DNA of 64,000 nucleotides, taken from the NCBI RefSeq assembly GCF_036365525.1, contig NC_090394.1, positions 64,343,743 to 64,407,742 of the forward strand. Reading direction: 5' to 3'. This document shows, piece by piece, positions 1 through 13,290 of this stretch. The stretch comes from Heterodontus francisci (Eukaryota). Numbering within the stretch: the stretch's first letter is position 1; each line of letters starts with the position of its first letter. The notes beneath the pieces were generated by a model. It had not been told where the DNA came from. It worked only from the letters and a program-made list of their open reading frames with translations, and made no database searches. The translations under genes and the position numbers were made by a program.

Positions 1-999
1 GCTTTATTCCTCATATAAGCTTTCGCACAGATGAATTATGTTTTAATATGTTATTATTTAGCAACTTTGAGCCACATGTAGCACACACTCCTCAGGCAAT
101 GCAGCTGTTTAGTTGACGATTCCCAGCCATTAAAACTAAGTAACAAACTTGTGACACCTTTCATTTCCTTAGGACACTCCAAAGTGCTTTACTGCCAGTT
201 AATTACTTTTAACACATAGTTAGTATTGTTTTGCAGGCAAATGCAGCAGCCAATTTACATAGAGCAAGATCCTGCAAAGAGCAATGATATGAAATCTCAG
301 ATTGTGCTGCCACGGAAGCTGTCAGCATTGTTATAAGATACTCCACGATGATGGGTTCCACCACTCAGTCCATGTTGGGCAGAATGATCTCCACGCTCTC
401 CATGAAGCCTTGCAACAAGTTGGAGCTGGATGCCTCCATGCTCCGTGTGTGCAAAATTCTCTGGCAAGTTGCCCAATATACTGGGTATTTCCCGGTGTAT
501 GTCCATGAACCTTCTTCTGTAACCTGGGTCATCAAAGTCTGCATCTGAGTCCTCTGCAACACAGCCAGTCTGTGACCTCCCCTCCAGCAAGCTAGCACCT
601 CTGGCATCCTATCTCCCTGTTCTGTCTTCAGTGAGTCAACACATGCAGCCACCTCCTCTGATTGAGCCTCTACAATCCATGCAGTGCCAATATCTGAGCT
701 GGTGCTTGCAAGAGTCAGATCAAATGATGCTGCATTATCCAGAAGTGCAGCCTGTTCACTGGCTGGAAGAGAGGGACAATGGTTAGCTTGTGTTGTGAGA
801 GAGAAATTACTCTTGAAAACATTTGCATCTTTTCATGCAGAGTGTATGGGGTGAGAGAGAAGTCAGAAGGGAGATAGAGGATTAGCTATAAAGAAATCCT
901 GCATGGCATCTCCTTCAGCATTGTTAATGGCAATGGGATCAACCCGCCCTGCCCACACTCACCAACACAGTTCCCTCCAGCTGGAACAGGGTTCATACG

Positions 1000-1380
1000 A
1001 AGATAAGAACATAAGAAGTAGGACTAAGCCCTACAGCCCCTCAAACCTGCTCCGCCTTTCAATAAGATCATGGCTGATCTTTGACTTTAACTCCACTGTC
1101 CCGCCTGATCCCCATATCCCTTGATTCTCCTAGAGTCCAAAAATCTATTGATCTCTCAGTCTTGAATGTACTGAACAGCTGAGCATCCACAGCCCTTTAG
1201 GTTAGAGAATTCCAAAGATTCACAACCCTCTGAGTGAAGAAATTCCTCCTCATCACAGTTCTAAATGATCGACCCCTTATCCTGAGACTATGCCCCCTAG
1301 TTCTAGACTCTCCAGCCCAGGGAAACAACTTCTCAGCATCTACCCTGTCAAGCCCCCTCAGAATCTAATGTGTTTCAATG
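1000..1380 (-). mobile_element. CR1 LINE 3' end fragment
   Basis: Reverse complement of the CR1 3' UTR seen at 16400-16700 and 63250-63533, with an aagaacat-type short-repeat tail. Confidence 0.85.
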
Positions 1381-1743
1381 GTTCGCACGCGAGCTCTTTC
1401 CCCTCCCATCCCAGACTGCTGCCTCACATTGCGTGTATCCTTCTCCTGCAAGAACGAGGACAGGGTGTTCGTGAGCTTGTTGTGAAGTGTTTGGAGAACG
1501 TGGCTGTCATGATGTAGTAGCTGATAGTGCGTGTGTGAGATGTGAGTTTGTGGGTAAGGAATGGTTGTAATAATGGTGAGTGTGAGAAGAATGTGGTGCA
1601 GTGAATGTGAGACAGCAAAGTGGGGGAGGTGAGTGTTGTGAGTGCTGTCGTTGTTGTAATTAAGGGGGCTGTAAATGATACAGCTGTAATTAAAGGCACA
1701 AGTGGGCAGCATTCTTACCTTGACTGCTCAGGTAAGATCATTA

Positions 1744-1879
1744 TATTAACAGCAAAATACTGCGGATGCTGGAAATCTGAAATAAAAACAAGAAATGCTG
1801 GAACCACTCAGCAGGTCTGGCAGCATCTGTGAAAAGAGAAGCAGAGTTAACGTTTCGGGTCGGTGACCCTTCTTCGGAA
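1744..1879 (-). mobile_element. Short Penelope-type 3' terminal fragment with hammerhead-like motif; 15-bp TSD
   Basis: Flanked by caggtaagatcatta at 1729-1743 and 1880-1894. Near-identical copies lie at 3747-3875 and 61638-61730, and a diverged one at 62277-62413. Confidence 0.75.
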
Positions 1880-2898
1880 CAGGTAAGATCATTAACTCTT
1901 TTCTGACAGCGCAGCCACCTCCTTGGTGCCAAGCTTCTAGCATTGATGCTCTTGGTCACCTCCTTCCATGCCAGCAAGCCAGGTGTCTGGAGAGCTTCCT
2001 ACCCACTGGGGGTGAGAGGATGTTCTCCCCACCCCGATCATCCCCACCATGGCTTTGTGCAGAGACCGAAAGCATCCATGCCCCTCTCTGTTCCTTCTTC
2101 CCACGTCGCTACAATAACTTCCCGCTTTTTCAGCAGCCAGGGTGCACCTCTCCTGTCAGGGATGGAGGCTGCATTTGAGTGGTGTTGTGGACTCTGGATA
2201 TTTCCCCCCTCACCACCAACCCACTGTTATAGGTGGCTGATGCAGCAAGGATTTTATGGAGCAAGAAGCACAATAATGATGGGTGTATTAACCCATCTTC
2301 ATCTAATCCCTTCAACATATTCTTCTATTCCTTTATCCTTCATGTGTTTATCTAGCTTCCCCTTAATTGGATCTATATTGTTCCACATTCTGGCCACTGG
2401 GATTAGATGAAGGTGGGTGGGAGCATAAGCAGCAGCATGGACCTGTTGGGTCAAATGACCTGTTTCTATGTTGTAAATACCATGCAACTATGTAAATGTT
2501 TAAATATATTCATACTTACAGTCACAGATAGAAAGCATTGACTAAGCTTAGGGATCATTAACTGAGAAAATGGAGTTAGAATTTAGTCCTCGTTACACAT
2601 TTCTCTGGGTGAAGGCATTTCTCCTGAATTCCCTATTCAACTTATGTGTAACTATCTTGTTATTTATAGCCATTAGTTCTGGTCTCCCCTGCAAGTGGAA
2701 CCATTTTCTCTACATCTATCATATCAAAACCCTCATAATTTTAAAGACCTTGATCAAGATATCCCCTCAATCTTCTCTTTTTTAGAGAAATGAACTCCAG
2801 CCAGTTCAATCGTTCGTGATAGATATAACCTCTCAATTCTTGTATCATTCTGGTAAATGTTTTTGCACCTTCTGTGCCTCTATCGTTTTTTATCATAT

Positions 2899-3937
2899 TG
2901 TTAGGACCAGGTGAGAAAGGGGTGTAGGGTTCCCTCTCAGCCTTCACATAGTCTTATTGTAACAGGGTTTAATTTTAAATACACTGTTTTTTTAGCTCCC
3001 CCTTAGTGTAACCTTGTTTGCTAACTTCCAATTATAAGGCAAAGAAATTAGCCAAACAGGTTTTCTTAGGATTAAAGAAAAAAGGTTGAACTTTATTAAA
3101 CTTAAACTCTAATTCAGTTAACGCTTATGGATATGTGAAGCATCCATGCTAGCATTTGTACAAAATATACACATGCAGATAGAGAGACAGAAAAGAACAG
3201 AAAATATAAAGTGGAAAAGTTTGAGGCAATATCTGAAGATGGTTTTGGTTACTGTTCTTCGAGCTCGCAGTAAAGTCCTTGATTGTAGGTAGGTCTTGCT
3301 TTTCATTGGAGCCCAGTATGCTTCATAAACCTTGTTCGATGTAGGAGACTTTTCTCTCTTAAGTTCATGTGCCCTCAGTGGGTCCAGAGGCTTGTGAGAA
3401 AGAGATGGGAGCAGACAGGAGAGGTCTTCTCAGGAGCAAACAGTCTTTCTGAGTTCAAAAACTCTGTGACTAGTTCAAAAAACCCTGGACCAGCCAATTA
3501 GTCATGTGACCAGCTGGCTTAACCAGTCCTGGCTTTTGTGGATTGTATCACTTTAGCAGTCTCTGGAATGCTCTTCCTTACACCTTCAATGTCTGGTGAT
3601 CAAAATCCATTGTGGGTTGAATGTGTCGGGGAATGGTCCTTTTGTCTCCACAAGCACTGTCTGTTAGTATGCAAATGTTTTTCAGTTAAGTGTCTGGCAG
3701 CCCTTGTAACAGGCCTTCTCTTCTTCCCAGCAAATTTAAAATCAATAAAAGCAAAATACTGCGGATGCTGGAAACCTGAAATTAAAACAAGAAATGCTGG
3801 AACCACTCAGTAGGTCTGGCAGCATCTGTGGAAAGAGAAGCAGAGTTAACGTTTCGGGTCAGTGACCCTTCATCGAATCAATGTTCATATGACAAATTTA
3901 ATATGCCTCATTCTTGGCAGATGGGGCCTGCATGACA
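2899..3937. mobile_element. Solo LTR (TG...CA) with 4-bp TSD atat
   Basis: Starts tgttagg at 2899 and ends catgaca at 3937. atat is duplicated at 2895-2898 and 3938-3941. It interrupts a CR1 and has no coding capacity. Confidence 0.75.
3747..3875 (-). mobile_element. Short Penelope-type 3' terminal fragment inside the solo LTR
   Basis: Near-identical to 1744-1879; aatcaat is duplicated at 3740-3746 and 3876-3882. Confidence 0.75.
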
Positions 3938-4939
3938 ATATAGAGATCAGAACTGTAGACGGTATTCCAAATGTGGTCTAACCAAGGTTCTATATCTGTT
4001 TAACATAAGTTCTCTGCTTTTCAATTCAATTCCTCTAAACCTGAACCCCAGTGCAGTGTTTGCTTTTCTTAAAGAATTATTAACCCACATTGCTACTTGT
4101 GGTGATTTGTGTATCTGTATCTCCAGATCCCTCTGTTCCTTTACCACATTTAGACACATATTTTCCAAGGAGTATGTGACCTCCTTATTCTTCCTACCAA
4201 ACTGTACCACCTCACATTTATCCATATTAAAGCTCATTTGCCAAGTACATATCCATTCTGCAAATTTATTAACATCTTCCTGTATTTTGTCACAGTCCGC
4301 CTCTGTATTTACTACACATACCCCACAATTTGGTGTCACCTGTAAATTCTGAAATTGTACTTCCGATTCCCATGTCCTAATTATTTAAGTAAATGGCAAA
4401 CAAAAATGGCAGCCAGACCCTTCCCACTATATTTGCCCCCTCCCCTCCCCTCCCCTCCTCACCCTCACCATTTTAACTCCCAGGTATTTGGGAGTGTTGA
4501 GGCTGCCCGGCACATGCAATTGATGGTGTCAGGTCATTAGGATCGCAACAAAATTTTGACTCGGGATCACAGCTGCAGCGCCCAACTCAAGGCTACCAGA
4601 GAAAGCTCGTGCCAGACAGGATCCTGGCTCAGAAGAGGCCCACGTAAGTTACTTTTTACATTTTTTTAATAGGAATTCCTTGTGGGTCAAGTAGAGCAGG
4701 AAAGCTCTAGAAGGAATTCATGGACTTACTCTTCCCTGGGCTTGCCCACCCCCGACTGTGCAGACTTATCCAGTTACCTGACTACTGGGGAGGGAGTGTT
4801 AGGGGAGGTTGAAATATATTAATTTCAATCAATAATTATTCCTGTCCCAATTCCTTTACTAACTGGTACTTTCAGTGGCAAAAGTGAAATACTTGAATGA
4901 AACATTCCTGGTTCGATAACAGCTCCCATCTAGTCAAAG

Positions 4940-5690
4940 TTTGTCATGAGATTATTATTGTGGGAGCTCTTTGTCTTTTTAATACTATTAAAACAGCCTG
5001 TCAGAGAGGTTATGTGCCCCTTTATAGGTTAAATATTGAAAATGTTCAACAATATCAGGTCTTTGAGCAAGACATTGGCCAACAAAGCATTCCTCTTTAA
5101 AAAGAGGGCCAGACTTTCCTTGGGATTTACTTGGATCCATGTTAAAACCAAAAAGATTAAAACACTCCCTTAAGTTTTGAACCAAAGGTAAAATTCAAAA
5201 TATTCTCAATCAGAAATTATCATTGATTCAAATTGTGTAAGTATCTTTGGGAGCATAATCGTGGGATTAGACAATGTGGAACATAAAGGCTAATATTTAT
5301 GGAACACTTCAAAACTTCTGTATTTCAGAACATTTTGATTTCTGATCGGATAATCAGTTGATTTACTTTATTGTGCCTTTCAAAGTAATTTATTTTCCCA
5401 ATAAATATTTGTAAATGGATTGCGGGCTTATTCAAATGTGTTGTCTGCACAAACAAGAAAGCTGCAATATTCTGTTCCCAGTCCCCAATCAATATTTTAT
5501 CTGGATAAACTATTCTGTAACTCACAGTGTTCCTTACTTACATTCAGTTGCCTTTCTAAAGCATTCCTGTCAGTCCCATTGACTGCTCCTCAGTGAGTAT
5601 CTCACATGGTGCTGGACATCACACACTACTCACACCTGGTCATGCCTATGCATTCCATTCATGAGTGGCAGGGGAGCTCAGACTGAGCAA
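4940..5690. repeat. Left arm of long inverted repeat 1
   Basis: Reverse complement aligns colinearly with about 6770-7640, e.g. ttcaaatgtgttgtctgcacaaacaagaaagctgcaatattc (5431-5472) versus gaatattgcagctttcttgtttgtgcagacaacacatttgaa (6981-7022). Confidence 0.9.
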
Positions 5691-6249
5691 TGCTCCCCCG
5701 GCTAGCCTCACATCTTCTACCCTCTATAAATATGAGCTCATCCAAAAGATCTGCTGCCTGTCTCCTGACTTGCATAAACCCCATTCTCTCATCAACCCCA
5801 TGTTCACTGACCTACTTTACATTAGGAAAGCAGCAGCCAATTTGGGCACAGCAAGCTCCCACAAACATCAATGACAAGGCAACTTTTTTTAGCAAATGTG
5901 GTTGGTGGATAACTGTTAGCCAGGGTAACTCTACTATCCTTCTTCCTATCATCCCATAGGATCTTTTCCAAACTTCCCTCAACACTACAGTAAAGAGCCA
6001 GAATAGTTATGTAGTCAGGTCCCTAAAGTGGGATTTGAATCCACAACCGTCAGACCCAAAGGTAAGAATACTACAACTAAGCCAAGGCAGACACTTGGTT
6101 GAACAATAACATTGACTCTACCATACTCTGTAATTCCTTATAGGCTTAACATATCGTCATGATCACAATTATTTTCCAATAAAGATGGCCTTTTCTTTAA
6201 TTGCCCTCTTCTACCTTCCCTATTGCTTCAAATCACAGCAAAAATAGCA

Positions 6250-6770
6250 ACTTGCATTGATCTAGCACCTTTAGCACAGTAAAACATCCCAAAATGCTTC
6301 ACAGGAGTGTAACCAGTCAAAGATTAGCACTAAGCTAAAGAAGGAGACATTAGCACAGGAGGCAAGAAGCTTAATTAAAGAAGTAGGTTTAAAGCAGTGC
6401 CGTAAAGGAGGTTTAGGTAGGAAATTCCAGAACTTGGGATCTAGGTAACTGAAGGCATGGCCATCAATGGTGGGGTAAAGGAACTGGGGCATGCACAAGA
6501 GGCCAGAGTTGAAAGAACGCAGAGTTCTCAGAGGGTTGCAAGACTGGAGCAGGTTACAAAGATAATGAGGGCCGAGGCTATGGAGTGATTTGAACACAAG
6601 GATGAGATTTTCGTAAAATCGAGGTGTTTGAGGACTGGGGGCGTCAACGTAGGTCAGCGAGCACCGTGGTGATGGGTGAACGAGTTGTGGTGCGAGTCAG
6701 GATACAGGCAGCAGAGCTCATATTTATGGAGGATGGAAGATGGGAGGCTGGCCAGGGGAACATTGGAACA
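6250..6770 (-). mobile_element. L2-clade LINE 3' fragment
   Basis: FKSLHSLGPHYLCNLLQSCNPLRTLRSFNSGLL...AFSYLDPKFWNFLP is the L2 ORF2 C-terminal signature. Confidence 0.75.
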
Positions 6771-7640
6771 GCGTTCAGTATTAGCTCCCCTGTCACTCAT
6801 GTCTGGAATACACCAGGTGTGAGTAGTGTGTGATGCCCAGCACGGTGTGAGTTGCTCACTGGGGAGCAGTCAATGGGACTGACAGGAATACTTTAGAAAG
6901 GCAACTGAATGTAAATAAGGAACACTGTGAGTTATGGAATGGTTTCTGTGGATAAAATATTGACTGGGGACTGGAAGCATGAATATTGCAGCTTTCTTGT
7001 TTGTGCAGACAACACATTTGAATAAGCCTGCAATCCATTAACAAATATTTATTGAGAAAATAAATTACTTTGAAAGGCACAATAAAGTAAATCAACATTT
7101 TCCAACTATCAGAGATCAAAATGTTCTGAGATAGAGAAGTTTTAAAGTGTTCCATAAATACTAGCCTGCACATTTCACATTGTCTAATCTCACAATTGTA
7201 CTCCCAAAGATATTTACACAATATGAAGCAATAATACACTTACAGGAAAAGAATATTTTGAATTTTACCATGGGTTCAAAACTTGAGGTGATCATTTAAT
7301 CCCTTTGCTTTTAACATGGAACCAAGTAAATTCCAAGGAAAGTCTGTCCCTCTTTATAAAGAAGAATGCATTGTTCGCTAATGTCTTTCTCCAAAGACTT
7401 GATATTGTTGAACTCATTTCAGTATTTAACCTAGAAAGGGGCAAATGGTCTCTCTGACACACTGTTGTCGACCTTTAAAAGACAATGAGAGATAATTCTG
7501 ACTTTGGGAAATAATGTAAAATGTCAAACAGAAGTGAAGATCAGGAGAGGTGTATAATGGAGGGCATCGCCTGTTTTGCACCATCCTCAAAGTCAAATTG
7601 ACCTCCAAAGGGGTTCCCGCAATAATAATCTCAAGCCAAA
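6770..7640. repeat. Right arm of long inverted repeat 1 (contains a ~120-bp palindromic MITE-like insert at ~7488-7607)
   Basis: Colinear reverse complement of 4940-5690. The alignment breaks near 7485 and resumes at ttcccgcaataataatctca (~7615). Confidence 0.85.
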
Positions 7641-7929
7641 TAGTGATACAGCCTGGCTGGATTCTGTTACTCAGCAAAGAATTGCAGTACTTTTAAGTTT
7701 ATTCGAGTTCTAGTTACCAGCTTCCATCTGATTGCAGCTTTCAATGGAACAATCCCAGCAAAGAGGAAACAGCTTGAGGAGAGCTGAGCAGGGGAGATCT
7801 ACTGATGGGAGAAAATTGGTGGCTGAAAAATGCTTGGGTATTAGAGATTTATATAAAAGCCGATTTCCCAAGTGTACACTGGTGGGGGAGAGCGTGCCTG
7901 CAGGCAGGCCCACTGTCGCTGGGTGAAAA

Positions 7930-8095
7930 TCCTGGAATTCCCTTCCTAATGGCACTGTGGGTGTCCCTACCCCTCATGGACTGCAGCGGTTCAAGAAGGC
8001 AGCTCACCACCACCTTCTCAAGGGCAATTAGGGATGGGCAATAAATGTTGGCCTCACCAGCGACGCCCACATCCCATGAATGAATTTAAAAAAAA
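7930..8095 (+). mobile_element. LINE 3' tail fragment (same tail as the SINE at 25790-26185)
   Basis: caagggcaattagggatgggcaataaatg...gacgcccacatcccatgaatgaatttaaaaaaaa, shared with 25790-25860 and 26760-26830 (reverse). Confidence 0.7.
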
Positions 8096-11000
8096 CATGA
8101 TTTTCCATCCCTAAATATTCATTGATTGCCAAGGTTTCTTAAAACTCGGGGTGCATTCAGAAAATTACCCCCATGTTTCAAAGCTTGAATTTGTACATAT
8201 TTTATCATCATATAATATTGGGTCTAAGTGGTTTTCAGACACATATTCACCTCTCCCAGAACATAAAATGTAATCAAGATTTTCAAAATGAGAGGAATAA
8301 GCCCAGCTCCACCTGCTATCATTTGTTACATAAATTAGAGAGGAAAAGCTCATCTTAATGCTGCAGCACATTTCGAGTGTACTGCCTTAACTCCAGCCTT
8401 GTCTCACTGCTACCTACTTTGTTGCTTCTATCTCATAGAAATAGTCAGCACTAAAGAGCAGTACAGAAGCCAATGATTTTTAAGGTACTTATACACCCAA
8501 CAAATACAGCTTTAAAAATAAATCCTGGAATCTATCAGGGAGATGAATCTGCTTGTCTAAATTCTAATCTTCCCTGCTTACATTTATATCAAATGGTGCT
8601 TATGCAGATCAGAAGATTAAATACCCTACAGCAAATTGCCTACTTCAAAGCCATAGAGAACTCTTGTCATTCTGTAAACTCAATCTTCTGACTAGAGTGA
8701 AAAAAGAGACAACAGTCATTTTCAAAATGTCTTGACAGATCAGCAGGCACTTTCATGTTCTTTCTTTGATCGTTTATTTGCTTCGCTATTTTCTCAGGAA
8801 GGTGACCTTGAGTTGTTTTATAGCAAAATAAATGCAGTTCTCAAATTTTGAGAAAAGTTTGAATGCTCCAGATCTGAATACTGGACAATGAATTCAAAAT
8901 CGTATTAAGAAAGTCTCTGGAAAGCTGGGCATTAGAAGGCCAAGATTTACTAAACTGGAGGGCGAGGCGGAGAGAGTAATGGAGATTGGACGGAGGTGTG
9001 GAGGGAGGAATGAAGAGACAGATTGGCTGAAAGATCAGCATTTTCACTAAAAAAAAGACATTTCACAAATAAATTATTTTAAAATCTATTTTATATTGAT
9101 AACCAGAAGAAACAAGCAATTCCCAGAATATATTAAGTACATTTCTAGACACTTATCTATATAAAAATTGAGAACAAAAAGCATGCAGCTTGAGCAGCTG
9201 ATGTATATATCTAGATTTAGACTTGCCTCTCCCAGAGCCTTCCTGCCATCAAGATAGTTGTGATCTAAGTAGCTGTTATTTGTGGTTTTAGGCATGTCAA
9301 TAAAGATGGTAAATTTTTTGGTGTAAGTCCAGTAGTCTTGTGAGGGCAGAGATAGAATTGATTAGATTTGTATTGGATTAGTATCAGTCTGATACCTGAG
9401 TATTGCCTAGTGGAGACTGGGGTATGCAGTCTCATGGTGAGTGATGTTGAGGGTCATTTGACTTCTGGTAGTGACGAAAAGGGACTTGAGCATCACAGCA
9501 GCGATTTACTTATTCATTCAAAGATAGTGTAGAGAAAGAGCTTATAAACCCTGTGGAGGCTAAGTATCCATTTGATTCTTAATGTACCAGAAGAAAAAGG
9601 GGCATGAAGTCTTGGTTAGTCTGGAATATACCATTCCATTCCCAATAGTGTAATGAGGAAAGAGGGAATGTAGCCTTATCACTTCAACAACCTTTCCCAT
9701 TTGATGTCCTGCTGCACTGCAGAAGCACTCTCTCCTTAACTGGGCACCAAACCATTTTGTATACAGTCGCTGGCATTAAACTTCCATTTGCACCAGAGCA
9801 GAGGTCAAGTAATATAAGCACTCACAGTGAACACAATCAGAGAATAGTCATTAGGAATGGGTCTGTCTAACCCAAGAGCACCGAGACCAGTTATACCAAT
9901 TTAACAATGACCCCAACTTAGGCCAGCTAACAGCACTGCATGTGGATCCAAACTAGGACCTTCCTCATTTGGATCAGCTACTCTCAGAATAAAAACAGTG
10001 ATCCTCGGGTGCAGACAGAGATTCATAATTTGCACCCGCATCACTCATTCAACTATCGAGAAATGGTGAAAAAGTATCGGCCTACAGTACAATCGCTCAC
10101 AATAGTCTAAGAGAAACAATTTGCATTATGAGTATGGCTTAGGATAAGAGGTTTCAAATTTTAATTTGATCTTTTCTGCAATCTAAAATTCACGAATAAA
10201 CATGTTTTGCTGCTTTACCTTTAAATAGATTACTATGGCCTCTATCAAGCTCAATTGCAAACGTGCAAGTAGATAGGTGATTGTACCCGAGCATCATTAA
10301 GTGGCTCAGAATGGCCAACACTGACAAATCAATGTGAGCAGATGACCTTGAGTGAAAATTTGCATCAATCAAGCTGGTGAATTCTACTTGAAGTAGTGTG
10401 ACAAGTTCAATGCCAGTGATGGTAGAACAGTATAGTGAATTTAAATACAGGATGAGTACACAAAGGGCTCAGCTTTCTAATGGTATTGAAGATGGCACTT
10501 AAAACTCTATCTGTCACTGACTGAGAACATTTATTATTATCACTACTGTCAATTTTAATCTAATAGCAGTTTCATCTCACACAAGTTTTGATTTTGCACA
10601 GCAATGGAAAACCTTAACGTAATGCTCGTAAGGCTGGGACAGGACTGGGCCTGTCACTCAAGCTCGCTTACTTTTTTGGAGAATTTAGTTCGGTTTCAGC
10701 TGGGTTATTTATACAGAGCGGCTAGTATGAATAACACGTTCCCTCTTAGTGTGGATGGGAGAAGAGGAGGAGGGAAAAGCGGTGTCGCCAGGGTCAAAAT
10801 ATCCCTTCGCTGAAGTGATGGTGGGAATTGAGGCCAGGAAAGGTTGGGATGTTTTCCATCTTTCAGCTACCAAGCCTATGCATTCTGGATATTTGTAAAG
10901 CTGCTTCTGATTCCAAAAGGAAGTTTTTTTTCTCTGTGCACTTCCAGCGGACACTGGTCCATCCCTTCACTATGCCATTAGGTAACATGGCTGCATATTC

Positions 11001-11409
11001 TCACAGACAGTCATTAGATGAGGATACCACTACTTGGCTATGTATTTTATGCACCTCACCGGAGCAATGACCCAGTCAAAGCCCATAAGCAACAATAATG
11101 TTATCTCTGCAGTAGACAGCTAAAGAAAAATAATCAAATATTGAACCAGTAGATTGGCACAAATCAGATACCCAGGGTGTTGAAATTCACCATTAGTTAT
11201 CATAGTTTGCTTGAATATGGTCTGTCCATGCTGTGATCAAGGGGATGGTGGTAATGCACTCACGTTGATCAATTGCGATGCCCACCATGCCAATCAAGAG
11301 GAGCTCCTGGGAACTGCCATCCATCTAATCAGGGCTCAAGCATGTGCTTATCAGTTGTCTTTGGACTATCTTTCTTTGGAGGGATGGAAGTACAGTTCCC
11401 ATTAGGTTA

Positions 11410-11705
11410 TAGAACATAGAACATAGAACAGTACAGCACAGTACAGGCCCTTCGGCCCACGATGTTGTGCCGAACCTTTAACCTACTCTAGGATCAAACT
11501 ACCTACATACCCTTCATTCTACTATCATCCATGTACCTATCCAAGAATCGCTTAAATGTCCCTAATGGATCTGCTTCTACTACCAGCGCTGGCAGCGCAT
11601 TCCACGCACCCACCACTCTCTGTGTAAAGAACCTACCTCTGACATCTCCCCCAAACCTTCCTCCAATCACATTAAAATTATGTCCCCTGGTGATAGCCCT
11701 TTCTG
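11410..11705 (-). mobile_element. CR1 LINE 3' end fragment (young)
   Basis: (atagaac)n tail repeat, CR1 3' UTR sequence and retained CpGs. Confidence 0.8.
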
Positions 11706-13049
11706 CTTATGCTAGCTCCAAGATGATACACTCAGCAACAGGAGATTAGAAGGGAGTTGATCCTCGGCGGTGGACTTTCTGTGCCAGGTAGTTCCGTTTT
11801 TCTTCAGGACAAAGTTGACGATTAACTAGGCAGCCTAGTTCATTGATGGGATATGGAGGGTTAGACCTTCCAAAGGGCTGGAATACTTTCCCTTCAGCTA
11901 TAACTAACCCTACAATACAATGCTTTAATAGGTGGTGGTACCAGTTGGACAATAGCGAGACATTTACTAGTAACCTGTCCAAGTACGCTGCATATATTTA
12001 GCCAGTTATTCTACAGCAATAGCCCCATAGAAACTTGCAGGCCGCTAAGCTTTGAGTCTTGTCAATCCATGTCTGAATTTTCTGGTCTTAGTTATATCCC
12101 TAAAATAAGAGAGTGTGCACTGCATATAGGGAAAAAGCTACAATTTGCATTTATAAAGCACCTTTAATGTAGTAAAACAGTCCAAAGTGCTTCACAAGTG
12201 TGTTATCAAACAAAGTGTGCTATTCTTCAATATTTCCCGGATCAGATTCACTTCCTGCCCAACTGCCAGCACCTGCTCCAGCCACAATGTACATCCCCTT
12301 TAAGAGGTGCAGCTTTAAGCAGTGCAGGCTAGTCTTAAGTAGTGGTAGCAACTCACAATATTGGTCCCCAGCTGAGACATACAGCGATCAACAGTGCCGT
12401 TAGAGCTGGCTGGATGCTGAAATCATTTAAAAAAGCAGGCAGCACCAAGTTACCAGGCATTCAAAGGGCACAGGTTAATCGATCCCCATGTCCATTTTAG
12501 GAGCAATCAAAATTAGCCCCCACAATACCTAGAGGCAATCAACTACAGCTTCTCGGAAAACTAATGGATACTGGAGATGATGTTTAACCATCAGGCTTGC
12601 TTATTGTTCGAATTCCCCTTTTTAAAAATATTTATACGTGTTTTAATTAAGTGTTTTAATTAAATGAATTGTTCTTCAATTACCACTGTCTTTAATTACA
12701 TCTGTAATAAGTTCAAGGAACTTCTGGATTAATTAAACGATGGTGAATTTTTGAAAGCAAAGACTTACTGAGAGATCAGCCTGGCACCAGATAAAACAGA
12801 TACATCCCACACAAATAGAGCAGGGAAAATTGATTCATTCTCTAACTAGAAGGCCATATAGCTTGGCTTTCTCTCCCCACTAAATTTTAAAGGTCAGTGC
12901 CCATTTACTAGGTTACCAGCTATGAAAATTAATCCATTGAAAAATGCTTATCTTTCTGGAAGTATTTGCGATGCATGTAATAGTGCTTACCCATTGAGTA
13001 ATATAAAGTAATGTTTTGATGATTTCTGAGCAAATACAGCTGCTGCCAC

Positions 13050-13290
13050 TTAAGAAATAGGACCAGAAACAGGGCATTCGGCTCTTCAAGCCTGTTCCAC
13101 CCTGCCATTCAATAAGATCATGGCTGATCTTCTACCTCAGCCACACCTTCCCACATTATCCCCATATCACTCAGTTCCCTTCGTATCTAAAACTCTATTG
13201 ATCTTTGACTTGCATATACTCAAAAACTGAACATCCACAGCTCGCTACAGTAGAGAATTCCAAAGGTTCACAACCCTTTGAGTGAAGAAA
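13050..13290 (-). mobile_element. CR1 3' UTR fragment
   Basis: ccattcaataagatcatggctgatct...agaattccaaaggttcacaaccctttgagtgaagaaat, shared with 1000-1380. Confidence 0.75.

Larger units (their letters stand above)
300..2230 (-). mobile_element. Decayed PIF/Harbinger relic (Myb/SANT-like gene exons), interrupted by a CR1 tail and a Penelope tail
   Basis: Minus-strand peptides ...KEVTKSINARSLAPRRWLRCQKRVNDL (SANT helix 3) followed by a gtaag donor near 1714-1718, then EKDTRNVRQQSGMGG. The layout matches the better preserved element at 30.7-34.4 kb. Confidence 0.65.
2590..4390 (-). mobile_element. CR1 LINE fragment (RT C-terminal part) split by a solo LTR
   Basis: ORF 3947-4339 reads WQMSFNMDKCEVVQFGRKN...YRTLVRPHLEY, typical CR1 ORF2. 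The sequence continues leftward of the LTR at 2590-2898. Confidence 0.8.

Noticed and set aside
11830-12000. YGGLDLP peptide suggesting L1 ORF2
   Set aside because: It is a single short motif and the flanks do not continue as L1.
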